Positions 1-11,211 of a DNA stretch of 64,000 nucleotides are shown here, one piece after another. The translations under genes and the position numbers were made by a program. The DNA is taken from NCBI GenBank assembly GCA_000165345.1, contig CM000435.1:480001-544000 (forward strand), in the 5' to 3' direction. Position 1 is the stretch's first letter. The number at the start of each line of letters is the position of its first letter. Below the pieces are notes generated by a model. It saw only the letters and a program-made list of their open reading frames with translations, made no database searches and was not told the origin of the DNA.

Positions 1-220
1 GAATGTTTGCCGGAGGGTATAAAAATGACGAAATCTACAAAATGAACGTTTCTCACTAAAAAGAAGAGATTTGACTATTTTTTGTGTGTACAATTCATCT
101 TATTTAGCCATTCTTAAATATTAACCTATCAGATTATGTTTCCATTAAATAGATACTAATTAATATAGGAGTTAGTGTTGTGCTTTCTACTATTGTAGGT
201 ATCAAGTCTATTTTAGAAAC

Positions 221-3007
221 TTATGCTGCTTCAAAACATTTAATGACGTCCAGACAGACAGATTCTGAGTTTGACCTGCAGGTAATCTTAACTAGGCAGC
301 CAAGCTCTGCATTGTTTACTATTATCGCGGTACATAAAAAGGGAGTTTTTGCAAAATAAGTACCGGAAAACAAGAGGGTGTGATTAGAGGATTCTAAGTT
401 AACATTCTCTGTATTGTCGCATGCAGCTGCATTGACTAAGGCCAAAAGTCCATTAACAGCTGAAGGGATATTTTTATATGAAAATGAGAACTTGGCAATG
501 TGCTCAATTCCGCTAGTTTCGAGAATATTCCAAACATTTTTGAACTCTCCCTGCCTCAAATAGTTAGGGATTATACAGTCAGAGTGTGAGAGAGTCATTG
601 GATCAATAGTAAATATATCATTATATCCACAATTTTCATCACCATCTTCACAATATAAATAGTCCAGTTTGCATGGAATAACATTTGAAACATTTGGGAA
701 GTGATCTTGTGTAGAATTCTGAATAAGCACGAAAATTGATTCAGCTTGCCCTGGCTCGAGTTTTGGAATAGGAGCGCTTGCTATAATCGAAAATCCATCA
801 ATTGCAGCCTCGAATTCAACATTTACATTTTTTAAGAGCACATCATTTAAAGTATTAGCAACCTGGAACTCTAGAACAATGAATTTGCCTTCATTGAAGA
901 AGTGTTTTCTTAATTGAACCAAATATTCTGATTCGCTTTCAGTTAGAGGAATAGAAGTTGAAGTGAATAAATGGCTGCCCAAATCCTGAGCAGAAATACA
1001 GCCTGAAAGTCGTTCATATATAAGGGAAACATTGACTCCAGTAGAGGTTTTATCTGAAGAGTTTTCTGTTTGGTTTTGGTTTCCTCGAGTTCTGGAAATA
1101 TTGAGAGCTTCCATAGAAGCTGAAACAGAAGTAATATTTGAAGTTATTTGGGAGCCATTGACTGTTGACTCTACGGGGTCTGTTGGTAGGGAATTTAAGT
1201 CCAAAAGAGTTTCAGGTTCGTTTGAAACGACTTTTCCAAGAATAAATGAGAGATTACGTATAGTGTCCGCCTCTTTAGATATTAAATGCTCTCCAAAAAG
1301 GCTTGAATTAGTTAAATCACACTTATTATCATCTGAATCGTCCAGTGAATCTGAAGTAGACTTGTCATCTATGATCATTGAGTAAGTGTTTGTTCGATCT
1401 CTGACTTCGTCATCATTATCTTTGGAACAAACTTGGAGAAGAGTTCTGATATCTTCTCTTAAATCATCGCAAACTAGGGCAATTTGAACCAATGCATCAA
1501 TGCTGGCAGCTCTTACTGCAGAGCTTTCTAGTATGAGCCTATTAAAAATATACCTAATAAATCTGGAGGGAGTATTGGTCTTTGGAATATTCTTCCCAAG
1601 AAATCCCAAAATTCTGATAGTAATTACAGGATACTCGCAGTCTTCTATAGTTTCGCAAGCATGATATAGAATGCTTTCCAGAATATCAGGAATCTCATTA
1701 GAAATATCAAATAATGTATCAATTACGAAAGATTTAAAATCAAGGCTTCCCTCTTCTCTCAAATTGGTCGCCAAGAATGAAAGGATATTCTTGTGTTTTG
1801 TAGGGTATTTCAGGATAAGATTCTTAGTGGCTCTGATAATATCTTTTTTTCCGCCGTCACTAATATCAGCAATAAATGCAGGGATTTGCTTGACAAGCTT
1901 GTCAAGATTATTTTCTTGAGCTATTTTGAGTAAAATAGTGAGTACTAAAGTTGCCATGATTCTATTAGAGTCGTTAAGCAAAGGCTCTAGTTCATGTTGG
2001 CACTTAAAGACAATATTTGGACTTACATTGGCTAGTTCATTAAGAATTCTGACAGCAGCGAACTTTGCCACTGAAATATTCGAGTTTAAAATCATTTGAA
2101 GGGCATTCGAAATTTGCGAAATGTCAATAAAACCAAGTGCTTTATGATTTTGTTTCTCGTGCAAAAACTTTAAAATATCGCATATTCCTCTAGAAGCCTC
2201 TAAAGATACAGCTTCACTTCTACTCTTAAGCATTGTATGGAAGCCATCTAATATCCAGCTTACGTTTTCCCATGAGGAGTCCTGCTTACAAAGAAGAAAA
2301 AACATATTCTTCATTTGTCTGAGCATCAGACAATCGCTATATACAGACTTTATTGGCATCTTGTAGAGCATCTCTATAATCTTTTGTGTTGCCAGTCGAT
2401 CATTATTTCTCAATTCGAATAAAAGTACCAAAGCGTGGTATTGCACCATTCCGTCCCTTCCTTGAATACATTCACTTATTTCATTGAGCCAGCGCCTAGG
2501 AATATCTCCGTGGCCTCTTAGTGCCAAATTATAACCACACAACAGTGCACTGCTCGCAACAAAGGAGTTCTTATCAACTATTGCAGACTTTAAATACCTC
2601 TCAACTTGTCCGATCATTGTACCATCCGCAATCTTACTTATAACCCTGAGAGAATTTGCTCTGTAACAATCATTATTGCTATTCATGTCCTTAATTAGAG
2701 AACTTATGACAACAAATGCTTCGCTTTCATTTACTTTTAAGCTCTTTATTGCTAAGTATACAAGTCTTCTTAAATCTTGGTTGTTTGATTGGAATAATCT
2801 CGTGATTCCAAAGAATAAATCTGACCATTCTTGGTCAGTAAGCCTCTCTCCACTATTGATCATATTCAAAACCTTGGTCAAAACTGTGCAGCATTTTTTT
2901 GAGTTTAAATGGGCCTCGCTAAAACATCTTGTTTCCTGCAAAATTGAGCTTTTCTCACCCAAAAAAGGATTAATTGCAACTCCCTTATCGTCACCTTTCA
3001 AATCCAT
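221..3007 (-). CDS. COPG: Coatomer (COPI) gamma subunit, 928 aa, single exon
   Basis: Full-length ORF with ATG at 3007. The N-terminal adaptin/HEAT trunk has coatomer-gamma signatures (LRRLVYLAIKSL, MVQYHALVLLFELRNNDRLA) and a C-terminal appendage domain. Internal + strand ORFs 1032-3146 are antisense artefacts. Confidence 0.92.
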   Translation of the reverse strand: MDLKGDDKGVAINPFLGEKSSILQETRCFSEAHLNSKKCCTVLTKVLNMINSGERLTDQEWSDLFFGITRLFQSNNQDLRRLVYLAIKSLKVNESEAFVVISSLIKDMNSNNDCYRANSLRVISKIADGTMIGQVERYLKSAIVDKNSFVASSALLCGYNLALRGHGDIPRRWLNEISECIQGRDGMVQYHALVLLFELRNNDRLATQKIIEMLYKMPIKSVYSDCLMLRQMKNMFFLLCKQDSSWENVSWILDGFHTMLKSRSEAVSLEASRGICDILKFLHEKQNHKALGFIDISQISNALQMILNSNISVAKFAAVRILNELANVSPNIVFKCQHELEPLLNDSNRIMATLVLTILLKIAQENNLDKLVKQIPAFIADISDGGKKDIIRATKNLILKYPTKHKNILSFLATNLREEGSLDFKSFVIDTLFDISNEIPDILESILYHACETIEDCEYPVITIRILGFLGKNIPKTNTPSRFIRYIFNRLILESSAVRAASIDALVQIALVCDDLREDIRTLLQVCSKDNDDEVRDRTNTYSMIIDDKSTSDSLDDSDDNKCDLTNSSLFGEHLISKEADTIRNLSFILGKVVSNEPETLLDLNSLPTDPVESTVNGSQITSNITSVSASMEALNISRTRGNQNQTENSSDKTSTGVNVSLIYERLSGCISAQDLGSHLFTSTSIPLTESESEYLVQLRKHFFNEGKFIVLEFQVANTLNDVLLKNVNVEFEAAIDGFSIIASAPIPKLEPGQAESIFVLIQNSTQDHFPNVSNVIPCKLDYLYCEDGDENCGYNDIFTIDPMTLSHSDCIIPNYLRQGEFKNVWNILETSGIEHIAKFSFSYKNIPSAVNGLLALVNAAACDNTENVNLESSNHTLLFSGTYFAKTPFLCTAIIVNNAELGCLVKITCRSNSESVCLDVIKCFEAA

Positions 3008-3541
3008 TTTGTTTTTTATTTCCCTCCTTTCTTATGCGAGGAATTCTTATTTAAGGGGGAAAAAAGCCTTTTTGATTACTTCAAAACAGTTTCTTGTATC
3101 CCCCCCTCAATTCTCTCACAAATACGCTTTAATGTTGCCGCTATAATCTTTTTTTGCTAACTATGAAATTTCAAATTTTTTTTTTTCTTATAAAATAATA
3201 CTCAGTCAGTTAAGTTAATTAAATCATTATACAGAACATAAAAGTTTTCATTAGCACTATTGATTATCTCCAGTACTATATATTTATATTCTTTCCTTCT
3301 TTATAAAATCATTATAGCTTCTGTATCTTACCTATATTCATTTTCCCACAAAATTAATAGCTTTATAGATAAATATTTCTGAATTTTTCTTTGAAATTAT
3401 AACACTAAGCCCGTTAATTTTGATTATTCTTTAATATTTATCTGAATGCATGGAGAAAAGTAGTGGCATGTTTCCCGCCAAAGCCCACACAGAGCATTTA
3501 ATGGAGTGAAATTGTCTTGAAATAACGAGAATATATTAGAG

Positions 3542-4310
3542 ATGGCTGAAGAGAGTTTAGATTTGATTGAGGAGTTTATTAAGACCAGGGATGAGTTGCA
3601 AAAGCGTTCCTTTTCAAGTGTTGACTGGGATGTTGATTATATACTAATGAATGAAACAGTAAGTTGGATTATAGTTATTTCTATTGAGTCAAGTAGATAG
3701 GGATAGCAAATTAGACCCAATTTCAAAAATTAATTTTCTAGCTACTACCTTGTAGAATGGCACTAAGTCAAAAAGAATGTGCTTTTATGTGTATGGATAG
3801 CCAATTAAAAGAAAATAATGAGGTACGTACATGGATTTAATAATACAAAAAATGATCAGCTTTATTGAATCGTAGATTTTAGCTGGCGAGATATTGCAAC
3901 TACCAATATGGCTTGCAAGGGAACTCTATTCTCGAGGCTTCGTTGGGATTGATTATCCGGATTTTCTTTCGTCAAAAATGTCAAACGCTTTAAGAACTGA
4001 CCCCTGTAGTGTGGACTTAAACAATATTTCACCCTATTTCTTTCAAGTTAGTGTAATTTTCCTGGGTTTACTACAAGATGAATTATTTCTCAAGGTAATT
4101 TTGGAATCCTTTCGCAGCCGCCTGGAAAAGTTGTTCCTAGTTTCAATCTATTTGCATCTGCCTAATTCTTCTGAATCTTCAAAGATGAATAATGACCATA
4201 CACAGGTATTTCTTAAATCTCTTACTTCAATCGAAAAAGATATGTTAGAAGAATCATCTATTAGTTACTTCCAATCTGCAAATGCTTTATACTGTAGAAG
4301 AGTAAAGTAG
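3542..4310 (+). CDS. PSF3: GINS complex subunit PSF3, 3 exons (3542-3658, 3742-3822, 3876-4310), about 210 aa
   Basis: Introns 3659-3741 (GTAAGT..CTAG) and 3823-3875 (GTACGT..GTAG) keep the reading frame. The spliced protein carries PSF3 motifs: VDYILMNETLLP (human DDILMSHEKLP), LQLPIWLARELY (human LELPLWLAKGLF) and TDPCSVDLNNISPYFF (human ADPNVVDLHKMGPHFY). The ORF track shows only exon 3, with a TTG pseudo-start. Confidence 0.75.
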
Positions 4311-4389
4311 GCAATTTAAATATTATATAAGAAACAAAAAAAAAACAACTTATGAAACTATAATTAAAATAAGCGAGTGAATCTAAGGA

Positions 4390-7300
4390 TTAACGCCTCT
4401 TCCTAGAGTACCCAGAGTCTACTCTTCTATCTTCGTCTTGTTCCCTTCCCCTCTTTCTGTCCTCCTTTATGGCCTGTTTTTCAAGCTCATCCCAACTTAG
4501 ACCTTCTTCTTCATCGCTTGAAAGCTCCTTAAAAGAGTCATCAGAACTTTCCTCCTCAAGATCCGAAAGATCCTCATCGTCATCGTCGTCATCATCATCT
4601 TCATCATCTTCATCACTCTCAGAATATTCTTCATCCTCATCATCATCGTCATCGTCGCTTCCGCCCTCTTCATCATCGCTATCTTCACCTAGGAAACCGT
4701 TGAAGCCTCCATTTTGTACAAAATCTTCAATATCGCTCAATATTGTCTTCAATACAGCATTCCAGTTGAGATTTTGCCTTCCTTCGTAGTAAACAATCTC
4801 CATTTCGTTAAGCCAGCGCTTAATTAAATCTAAATACTCAATAGGAATTGAGTCTACTCGTTTTACAGGCTTTGAATAGTCTTTTGTGACAAAAATCATA
4901 TCAAAGTTGCGAAGTCCCTGTTCGACCCTCTCAAATGATACAACTTCTATTTCATCCAATGAAAGTACAAATGGTGGGAACTCGAGTAGATGAACTAGAC
5001 AAGATGCTGTTGGAAAGAGTTGAACATTTGAAACCCCAGCCCTTCCTGGAACACCATAGAATCCAAGGTCTCTATAAGGAATTTCTGCTTCAAAACTATT
5101 TTTGCTCAACTCTTCAATTCCTTGTATGAATTTTTTATATTCAAGGTTATACCTTTTCTTTGTTTCACGTTCACGCTGTTCCTCCATTATTTCATCAGGA
5201 TCGTACACATTTCTACCTCTTCTCTGCTCTAAATCATCAATTTGGTTTCCTACCTCAGAGTAGAACTGAATATCTTGGGTTTTCTTTTTTCCAAGCCAAA
5301 TTGAATGTTTAAGGTGCAAATGTAAAATGACTATCAAATCGTTTTCCACAGGTTGAAATATTGCATGTTTAATGCTGGTATATAAAATATCAATTGTCTC
5401 ACCCTTGGATGAACTAAACCTGAATCCGTTGTTATGAGCCTCTAATATACCGTGTTGGCGTCTGCCCTGTCCAATTGTGGGCCGAATTCCAACATCTTTA
5501 AGAACTACTCTTTGTTTTGATCTATTGAAATCGATTGGCTGTTGATTCTTAATCATATCCTGTTCTGCCATTTCCTCCTCAAGTGTGCCTTTCTGTTTAA
5601 ATCTTTTAATTAATTCCTTAATGCTTCTGAAGATACTATTTAATGTCTTTCCATCTTCTGAACGAATCATTAGCTCTTTAATAAATACAGGGGTCTTCAA
5701 GGTACTTGGTAACTGCTCTAAAGAAATTCCTGTTGGTAGCAGAAAGTTAATTCTCAAAATAAAAGATTTCCTTCCCTCTTCCTGAGTACAGACAACATTT
5801 TTAAGTAGTCTAACGTGGAAAGGAACCAAAAGACCGTAAATTGGTACAAGGATGCTTTCCTTTGCAGTATCAACATAAATTCTACTAGAACTCCTTTCTT
5901 TTGGATACTCTTTAACAGACTTATAACTTGAAAGCTTGGAATTGAAAAAGTCCTCTTCAGAGTCTGAAATATCTCCTTTTTGGTCATTCTTTTCCTCCTT
6001 CTTACCTCCAAACCGTTTCTGAAGCTCAACAAGTTTACGTTTTCTAAGTTCTTTTTGTCTGTTTTCTATCTCCTTGAGTTCCTCTGAGTGTTCAGAGTTA
6101 TTTACTCTTCTGGCAGTTCTTCTTAGTCTATCTTCAATTATTAAATGCTCTTTAGATTTCTTTTCTTTTTTAATTTCCTTAGAATCTTTTTTTGACTTTG
6201 AATGTCTATCGTCTTCACTATCCTCTTCTGTCTCATCATCGTCAAACTCCTCTTCAGACTCATCAAGCTCCTTTTTTGTTGGCTTTTCCTTCTTAACTTG
6301 TGAAGTCTTTTCTTTCTTTACAACAGGTTTCTGCTCTTCAGGCTCTTCATCATCCAGTTCATATGAGACATGTTCCAGCTTCTTGCTACATCCTTGTGTC
6401 AGGACTTCCACATTGCCTTCTTGGGATAAAAATACAGTATCACAAATCCAAATTGCGTACTTTTTGCCATTAGAGTCCAGATTATTGAATCCAATAGATA
6501 AATTAAAAGTCATTCCTTTCTGTACTAGAACATCTGGGGACGATCTTGGGCTGATTATTAAAGAAGGATCTCTGAACTCAATTCCTATGCAATGTCCCAT
6601 AATCTTAACAAACTTTTGGGCAAGCTCGGTTCCCTTATCTTCAACTATCTTCTGGTAAATACCAGAATAAAGATCGTTAAAAGATGTTCCTTCCTTTATT
6701 CTGGAAATTAGAGTTTCCATAAGTTCCAAGCAATAATTATAAAGACTTTTCTGTTCTTCAGTTGAGTTTAAAAAGTATGTCCTCGTAATGTTTGCACAAT
6801 ACTCTCTATACTTTGAACCTATACTTAATATTATACAACCAGAGGTCAAACACAAGTTTTCATCAGAATTCTCTACTGCTTTTAGCTCAAAATTAGAGCC
6901 ACTTTGGACAAGAGAGTACACCAAATCTATATCTTCCGGATCCAAACCGTACTTTGTTTTCCAAGCATTGTGAATTGTCTTATCATCTAAAGCAGCTTCT
7001 GCACGCCTTCCAATGTTCTTGTGAGACTCTTTCAATTCTTTATCTAAAATGGTTTCGATTCTCTGCAATAACACTCCCTTCAACATCTGGACAGATAAAA
7101 CTGCTGCTTTTTTACACAGTCCAAGCTCTACTTCATCCTTGTGGCACAACAAGTAATCTATAGATGCTGTCACCATCGTGGTCTCCTTGTTACTAAATGG
7201 GTTATCTCCTGAAAACAATTCTTCGCATTGTGATGCAAATTGGCCATCCTGAAGTCCAGCAGGTTCTATTCTCCCAATAGTAGTAGTTGCTTCAGCAATA

Positions 7301-7716
7301 TTTGAAACTAGCTCCTTGTGGTTTTCAAATGATTCTTTTAGATCTCCTTTCCTATCAACTAGAATCAACTCTATATTTGGGAAATTATCCGAAGATCCTT
7401 CTAATAATTGCTGGAGAATTGATACCTTTTTTTGACTTGTAACTATTACAATTTTTTTTTTACGAGAGAATAAAATTAAAGTGTCAGAAAATTCAAAACC
7501 AAACAACCAATAATGGAGTGTCATACTCTTATAAATTACTCCATCCTCTCTAGAAGAACCTTTTCCACACAAAACATATAGAAGGTCCACTTCCCTCAGG
7601 TTTTTGAACACATTTTTATTATCATACTTAGTGTTCTCTTCCAGCCAAACCGAGTATAGGAATTGGATCCTCCTTCCAAAAGATGCAACGTCTAACTTGA
7701 CCTGATCTTTGCCCAT
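4390..7716 (-). CDS. SPT16: FACT complex subunit SPT16, 1108 aa, single exon
   Basis: N-terminal aminopeptidase-like Spt16 domain (WLFGFEFSDTLILF) followed by the dimerisation and middle domains. It ends in a long Asp/Glu-rich acidic tail. ATG at 7716. Confidence 0.95.
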   Translation of the reverse strand: MGKDQVKLDVASFGRRIQFLYSVWLEENTKYDNKNVFKNLREVDLLYVLCGKGSSREDGVIYKSMTLHYWLFGFEFSDTLILFSRKKKIVIVTSQKKVSILQQLLEGSSDNFPNIELILVDRKGDLKESFENHKELVSNIAEATTTIGRIEPAGLQDGQFASQCEELFSGDNPFSNKETTMVTASIDYLLCHKDEVELGLCKKAAVLSVQMLKGVLLQRIETILDKELKESHKNIGRRAEAALDDKTIHNAWKTKYGLDPEDIDLVYSLVQSGSNFELKAVENSDENLCLTSGCIILSIGSKYREYCANITRTYFLNSTEEQKSLYNYCLELMETLISRIKEGTSFNDLYSGIYQKIVEDKGTELAQKFVKIMGHCIGIEFRDPSLIISPRSSPDVLVQKGMTFNLSIGFNNLDSNGKKYAIWICDTVFLSQEGNVEVLTQGCSKKLEHVSYELDDEEPEEQKPVVKKEKTSQVKKEKPTKKELDESEEEFDDDETEEDSEDDRHSKSKKDSKEIKKEKKSKEHLIIEDRLRRTARRVNNSEHSEELKEIENRQKELRKRKLVELQKRFGGKKEEKNDQKGDISDSEEDFFNSKLSSYKSVKEYPKERSSSRIYVDTAKESILVPIYGLLVPFHVRLLKNVVCTQEEGRKSFILRINFLLPTGISLEQLPSTLKTPVFIKELMIRSEDGKTLNSIFRSIKELIKRFKQKGTLEEEMAEQDMIKNQQPIDFNRSKQRVVLKDVGIRPTIGQGRRQHGILEAHNNGFRFSSSKGETIDILYTSIKHAIFQPVENDLIVILHLHLKHSIWLGKKKTQDIQFYSEVGNQIDDLEQRRGRNVYDPDEIMEEQRERETKKRYNLEYKKFIQGIEELSKNSFEAEIPYRDLGFYGVPGRAGVSNVQLFPTASCLVHLLEFPPFVLSLDEIEVVSFERVEQGLRNFDMIFVTKDYSKPVKRVDSIPIEYLDLIKRWLNEMEIVYYEGRQNLNWNAVLKTILSDIEDFVQNGGFNGFLGEDSDDEEGGSDDDDDDEDEEYSESDEDDEDDDDDDDDEDLSDLEEESSDDSFKELSSDEEEGLSWDELEKQAIKEDRKRGREQDEDRRVDSGYSRKRR

Positions 7717-8170
7717 TTATCACTAATTTTGGCGAAAATCTTTATTTTCTCGTTTTCGCCTTTTTACTTTCCAGTCTCTGGTTATCTTCTGAATTGTACC
7801 TCTTAACAAAACCCCACTTTCACAGCGCCTAATAATTAATTATTTGTATAGTACAAGTAAATTGAATTATTCACTTTGATTTACGTATTGGAATTTTAGG
7901 AGAAAATATTACTAAGAATTTGAAAAAAATATGTATTCTGGCCTAAAATAATTATTTTTAATAATCTCAAGCCTTGAATTGCGAATCTATGAATATTTGT
8001 AAAATAATTACTACCGGCAATTCATTTTCTTGTCTCCAAAATGCATGCTTCAATTCCTTCTATATCTATGTTTTTTTATATGGTTAGAATAATAAATGAT
8101 AACAAATTTAATGTTCAAGACTTAATATTAAACTATTCTAAAAAAAATTATCAACTATAACGATAAAGTT

Positions 8171-9865
8171 TTATTTCTTATCTTTTGATTTTAATAGAGG
8201 TCTTTCAGCATTCTTATTAACGTTCTCATTGATCAAGTGTAATTTCTGGAATTGTTCTAGCTGCATCCTAATAGTGTCTTTGTGTAACTCACCAAGTGTG
8301 GAGTCACTTTTCAAGAAATCTATATCTTTTTCTTGAACTTGAACGTTAAGGACTCGGTCTTTTAAGTTAGGCTGAGGAGTAAATATATTTTGATCTTTCT
8401 TGACAATATTTTCTGCAATAGATTGTAGAGCTTTGCTTTCTGGATCAATTTTCTTTAGAAGCTCAACTAAATCTTCGTGGCTCCTACCTTTAGTTAATTC
8501 ATAATTTGGCCACTTAGCATTGATTGATTCTTGTTTAATCAGATTATTATATTTGTTCTGTGAAACCTCCAGAGCTTTCTTAGTTTCTTCTAGTTGTTGT
8601 TCAATACTTTGAATCTTTCTTTCCAACTCAAATTTCTCGCTTTCAAGTTTCTTGTACAAAGGTGAAGAAGTTTGTGCTTGCGGAGAACTTTTATCTTCGA
8701 TATTTGTTGATAATACTATAATTCTCTCTCTTAACATTCGTATTTGTTCATTAGAATCTTTAAGTCTCTCTGACAAATGTTTATTATCTTCTTCCATCAT
8801 GATAGAAACATGCTTGGCAGCTTCTAATTCCGAACCTTTTGATTTATAAAGTTCATCCAGTTTCTCCAGATGAGTACCAATATCAAAAAGAGACTTTTGA
8901 ATTTCATTGACGAATACTAAAGCTGAATGATCGTTATTCAAAATCGAAGCAATAACCTCGATTTTCCCGAATATAATGTTCACTGTTTGTACTATATTAA
9001 GAACCAAGTCATTTTTTGTTTCTATTCCAATCTTATTTTCCGTAGGGAAAACGGAATACTTGATATCTCCTATCCTTTGATGGATTGTACTCAATTGTTT
9101 TGATAACGTTGCAATTAACTGCGATTCGTTATTTGGGTTATTTTTTGAAACGAAATCATGAACAGCTTCCCCTAATTGGAATAAACTTTCTCTAAGCTCT
9201 TTGTTTTCCTTTTCCAAATCATTATTTGAGGGATTCACCCCTCCCTTAAATTGGTCTTTTGCATTATTTGAGAAACTAAAGTTAGAATCATGTGAACCAG
9301 GGAATTCTGGAGTCATTATTCCTGATTTTTCAGGAGCACAACAAAAAACTGAACCAATTCCACCTGAATTTGGGCTTTTTAAACCTGTATTTTGTCCGAC
9401 ACTTGGTTGAGCACCACAAGTCCCCATCCAAGGTATAAATGAATTAAGTAACTTTGTCCCTATTCCCGAATTACGTTGTTCTCTTTCTGGAGAAGGCATT
9501 GGAGAGGAAGGAACGTTCAGGTTTTGCGGTATTGAAGACGCTGGGTATGGAACGCCATTTATACTTTGGTTTTGAGCAGTAAATGTTGACATCATCAATT
9601 CTTGAGCTGGCGTAAGCTGTGTTCCTAAACCCGGAGGCTTCCCCATGACTCCAACCCTTGGAATTGGCACTTGTCTTGGAAACATCTGTGATTGAACATT
9701 TGGAGGTATTTGGCTTGATCTATTTGGCGAATGTGGAGTGCTGTATACTCCCATTCTTGGAACTGCACCTGGAAATACAGGACCATTTTGTCTTGTTGGC
9801 ATTCCCCCAGCCATGGGACTTGGAATCCCCCCCCAAGGTTGAGCGTTGAGTGGCACTTGCTGCAT
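8171..9865 (-). CDS. Hypothetical protein with a Pro/Gly/Met/Gln-rich N-terminal half and a C-terminal coiled-coil (about 564 aa)
   Basis: Long ORF. The track start at 9886 is GTG; the first in-frame ATG is at 9865. No family recognised. Confidence 0.55.
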   Translation of the reverse strand: MQQVPLNAQPWGGIPSPMAGGMPTRQNGPVFPGAVPRMGVYSTPHSPNRSSQIPPNVQSQMFPRQVPIPRVGVMGKPPGLGTQLTPAQELMMSTFTAQNQSINGVPYPASSIPQNLNVPSSPMPSPEREQRNSGIGTKLLNSFIPWMGTCGAQPSVGQNTGLKSPNSGGIGSVFCCAPEKSGIMTPEFPGSHDSNFSFSNNAKDQFKGGVNPSNNDLEKENKELRESLFQLGEAVHDFVSKNNPNNESQLIATLSKQLSTIHQRIGDIKYSVFPTENKIGIETKNDLVLNIVQTVNIIFGKIEVIASILNNDHSALVFVNEIQKSLFDIGTHLEKLDELYKSKGSELEAAKHVSIMMEEDNKHLSERLKDSNEQIRMLRERIIVLSTNIEDKSSPQAQTSSPLYKKLESEKFELERKIQSIEQQLEETKKALEVSQNKYNNLIKQESINAKWPNYELTKGRSHEDLVELLKKIDPESKALQSIAENIVKKDQNIFTPQPNLKDRVLNVQVQEKDIDFLKSDSTLGELHKDTIRMQLEQFQKLHLINENVNKNAERPLLKSKDKK

Positions 9866-10194
9866 TTTTGGGACGCCAAGTTCCACTTAAAATATCAGTT
9901 ACTTTACCTATTAAACACACAAATCTACAATTCCCGCTACTACTTTAATTCCTTACTTTTCTATTATGTCATTAGTCTTTTGAACAAATATTTTTTTATT
10001 GACTTTAAGTATACGTCTACAAAATGTCCATATTAGAAATATGTTAATATAAGAAAAAGAATACAGAATAACAAATAAATCTTTACTAGAATGACTTAAA
10101 ATACAAGGATAAACAATTATAAATGAGTAGTACAACATATCTTGCTGCTAATCTTCACTCCAGTTTTTACCTTGTCACCATTATTATAATTTTT

Positions 10195-10216
10195 GCATGC
10201 ACACACTTTTGGCGGC
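10195..10216. promoter_or_regulatory. GCATGCA palindrome-type motif (10195-10201) next to an E2F-like TTTTGGCGGC site (10207-10216), in a divergent promoter
   Basis: Lies between the start of gene 8171-9865 (-) and the start of gene 10455 (+). Motif classes known from apicomplexan upstream regions. Confidence 0.35.
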
Positions 10217-10454
10217 AACTCAGTTTTTAGATCAGCATTGGATGGCAAATGAACCAATATGTGGAGAACTTAGGTGCGGCTTAATATTTGTGTTTTTATT
10301 AAATTTTTACTCAAATGTTTAATATTTAGACACTTAGTTATCTATTTGAAAAAAATGCTGTCCTGATTTGTTAGAAGTTCTCTTAGTTATCTTCGTTGAA
10401 TAGTAAGCAAGTATAGATGGTGGATGGTAGGTTCAGTGAATATATTTCCTTAAG

Positions 10455-11024
10455 ATGCTAACCAAAAAATTAAACCGTAATTTCTTTATTCAATCAAAAT
10501 TTTCAAGAGGAATTGTATATTTTTGTGAAAGATTGGTGCCTTATTCGGTGCCAGAGTTGTATTCTACTGTTATAGATGTGGCAAAATATAGGCAGATATT
10601 TCCATGGATTTCAGAAACTGAGATAACTAAGATTTGGGGATCTATTCATAATAGAGATATTTTTTTTTCAAGACAAAAAATCAAATTTGGTATTTTTGGG
10701 GGATATTTATACTCCATTGTAGAAGGAAGGAAGCCAAATTCAATAATAGCTTACTGGCCACCAAAAGAAGTTTTGAAGATACCTATTACAATTGAGAAGT
10801 TTTCATCCTTTGTTAGATCTCATAGAACAAGTTGGGAATTTATTGGGAACTATAAATATGGCTTGACTAAGGTTTCGTGCAAACTAGAGTTTGAATTTGA
10901 TACGATTCTAATGGATAAAATAGCACAACGCTATATCAAAGATATGACAGAGACAACCATTAACACACTAATAAATCACATTAAAAAAAGTGAAAGTTTG
11001 AATACATATAGTCTGAATATTTAG
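10455..11024 (+). CDS. SRPBCC/START-fold protein resembling coenzyme Q-binding protein COQ10 (189 aa)
   Basis: The YSTVIDVAKYRQIFPWISETEI stretch matches the COQ10 family pattern (Y..V.DV..Y..F.PWC..S.V). The N-terminus is basic and presequence-like. Assignment by motif only. Confidence 0.5.
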   Translation: MLTKKLNRNFFIQSKFSRGIVYFCERLVPYSVPELYSTVIDVAKYRQIFPWISETEITKIWGSIHNRDIFFSRQKIKFGIFGGYLYSIVEGRKPNSIIAYWPPKEVLKIPITIEKFSSFVRSHRTSWEFIGNYKYGLTKVSCKLEFEFDTILMDKIAQRYIKDMTETTINTLINHIKKSESLNTYSLNI

Positions 11025-11211
11025 AAATAAGCATTAGGAACTATCAAAATAAAATACATTGTATGACTTCTTTATTTTTTTTAATAATTTGAACACGTAC
11101 AATCACGATGCACATGAATTGACTCCTATTCTCAATTATTATAGATAGCGAATAGACTATTTATTACGTAATATTTCTTATATTGATTTAATGTAAGTCC
11201 TATATTCCGTA

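Noticed and set aside
1032-3146. Three + strand ORFs (117, 82 and 156 aa) within the coatomer-gamma locus
   Set aside because: They lie antisense inside a strongly supported 928-aa conserved gene and have no homology or start context.
4115-4137. GTAATTTTGGAATCCTTTCGCAG inside GINS3 exon 3, which resembles a mini-intron
   Set aside because: At 23 nt it is far too short for an intron. In-frame read-through gives sequence that aligns with PSF3 (ILESFRSRLEKL versus FIGRFRRIMD).
4469-4789. 106-aa poly-Ser + strand ORF and 63-aa Met/Lys-rich - strand ORF inside the SPT16 tail region
   Set aside because: They are mirror-image frames of the GAT/GAA-rich DNA encoding the acidic C-terminal tail of SPT16. 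They are low-complexity artefacts with no independent start context.
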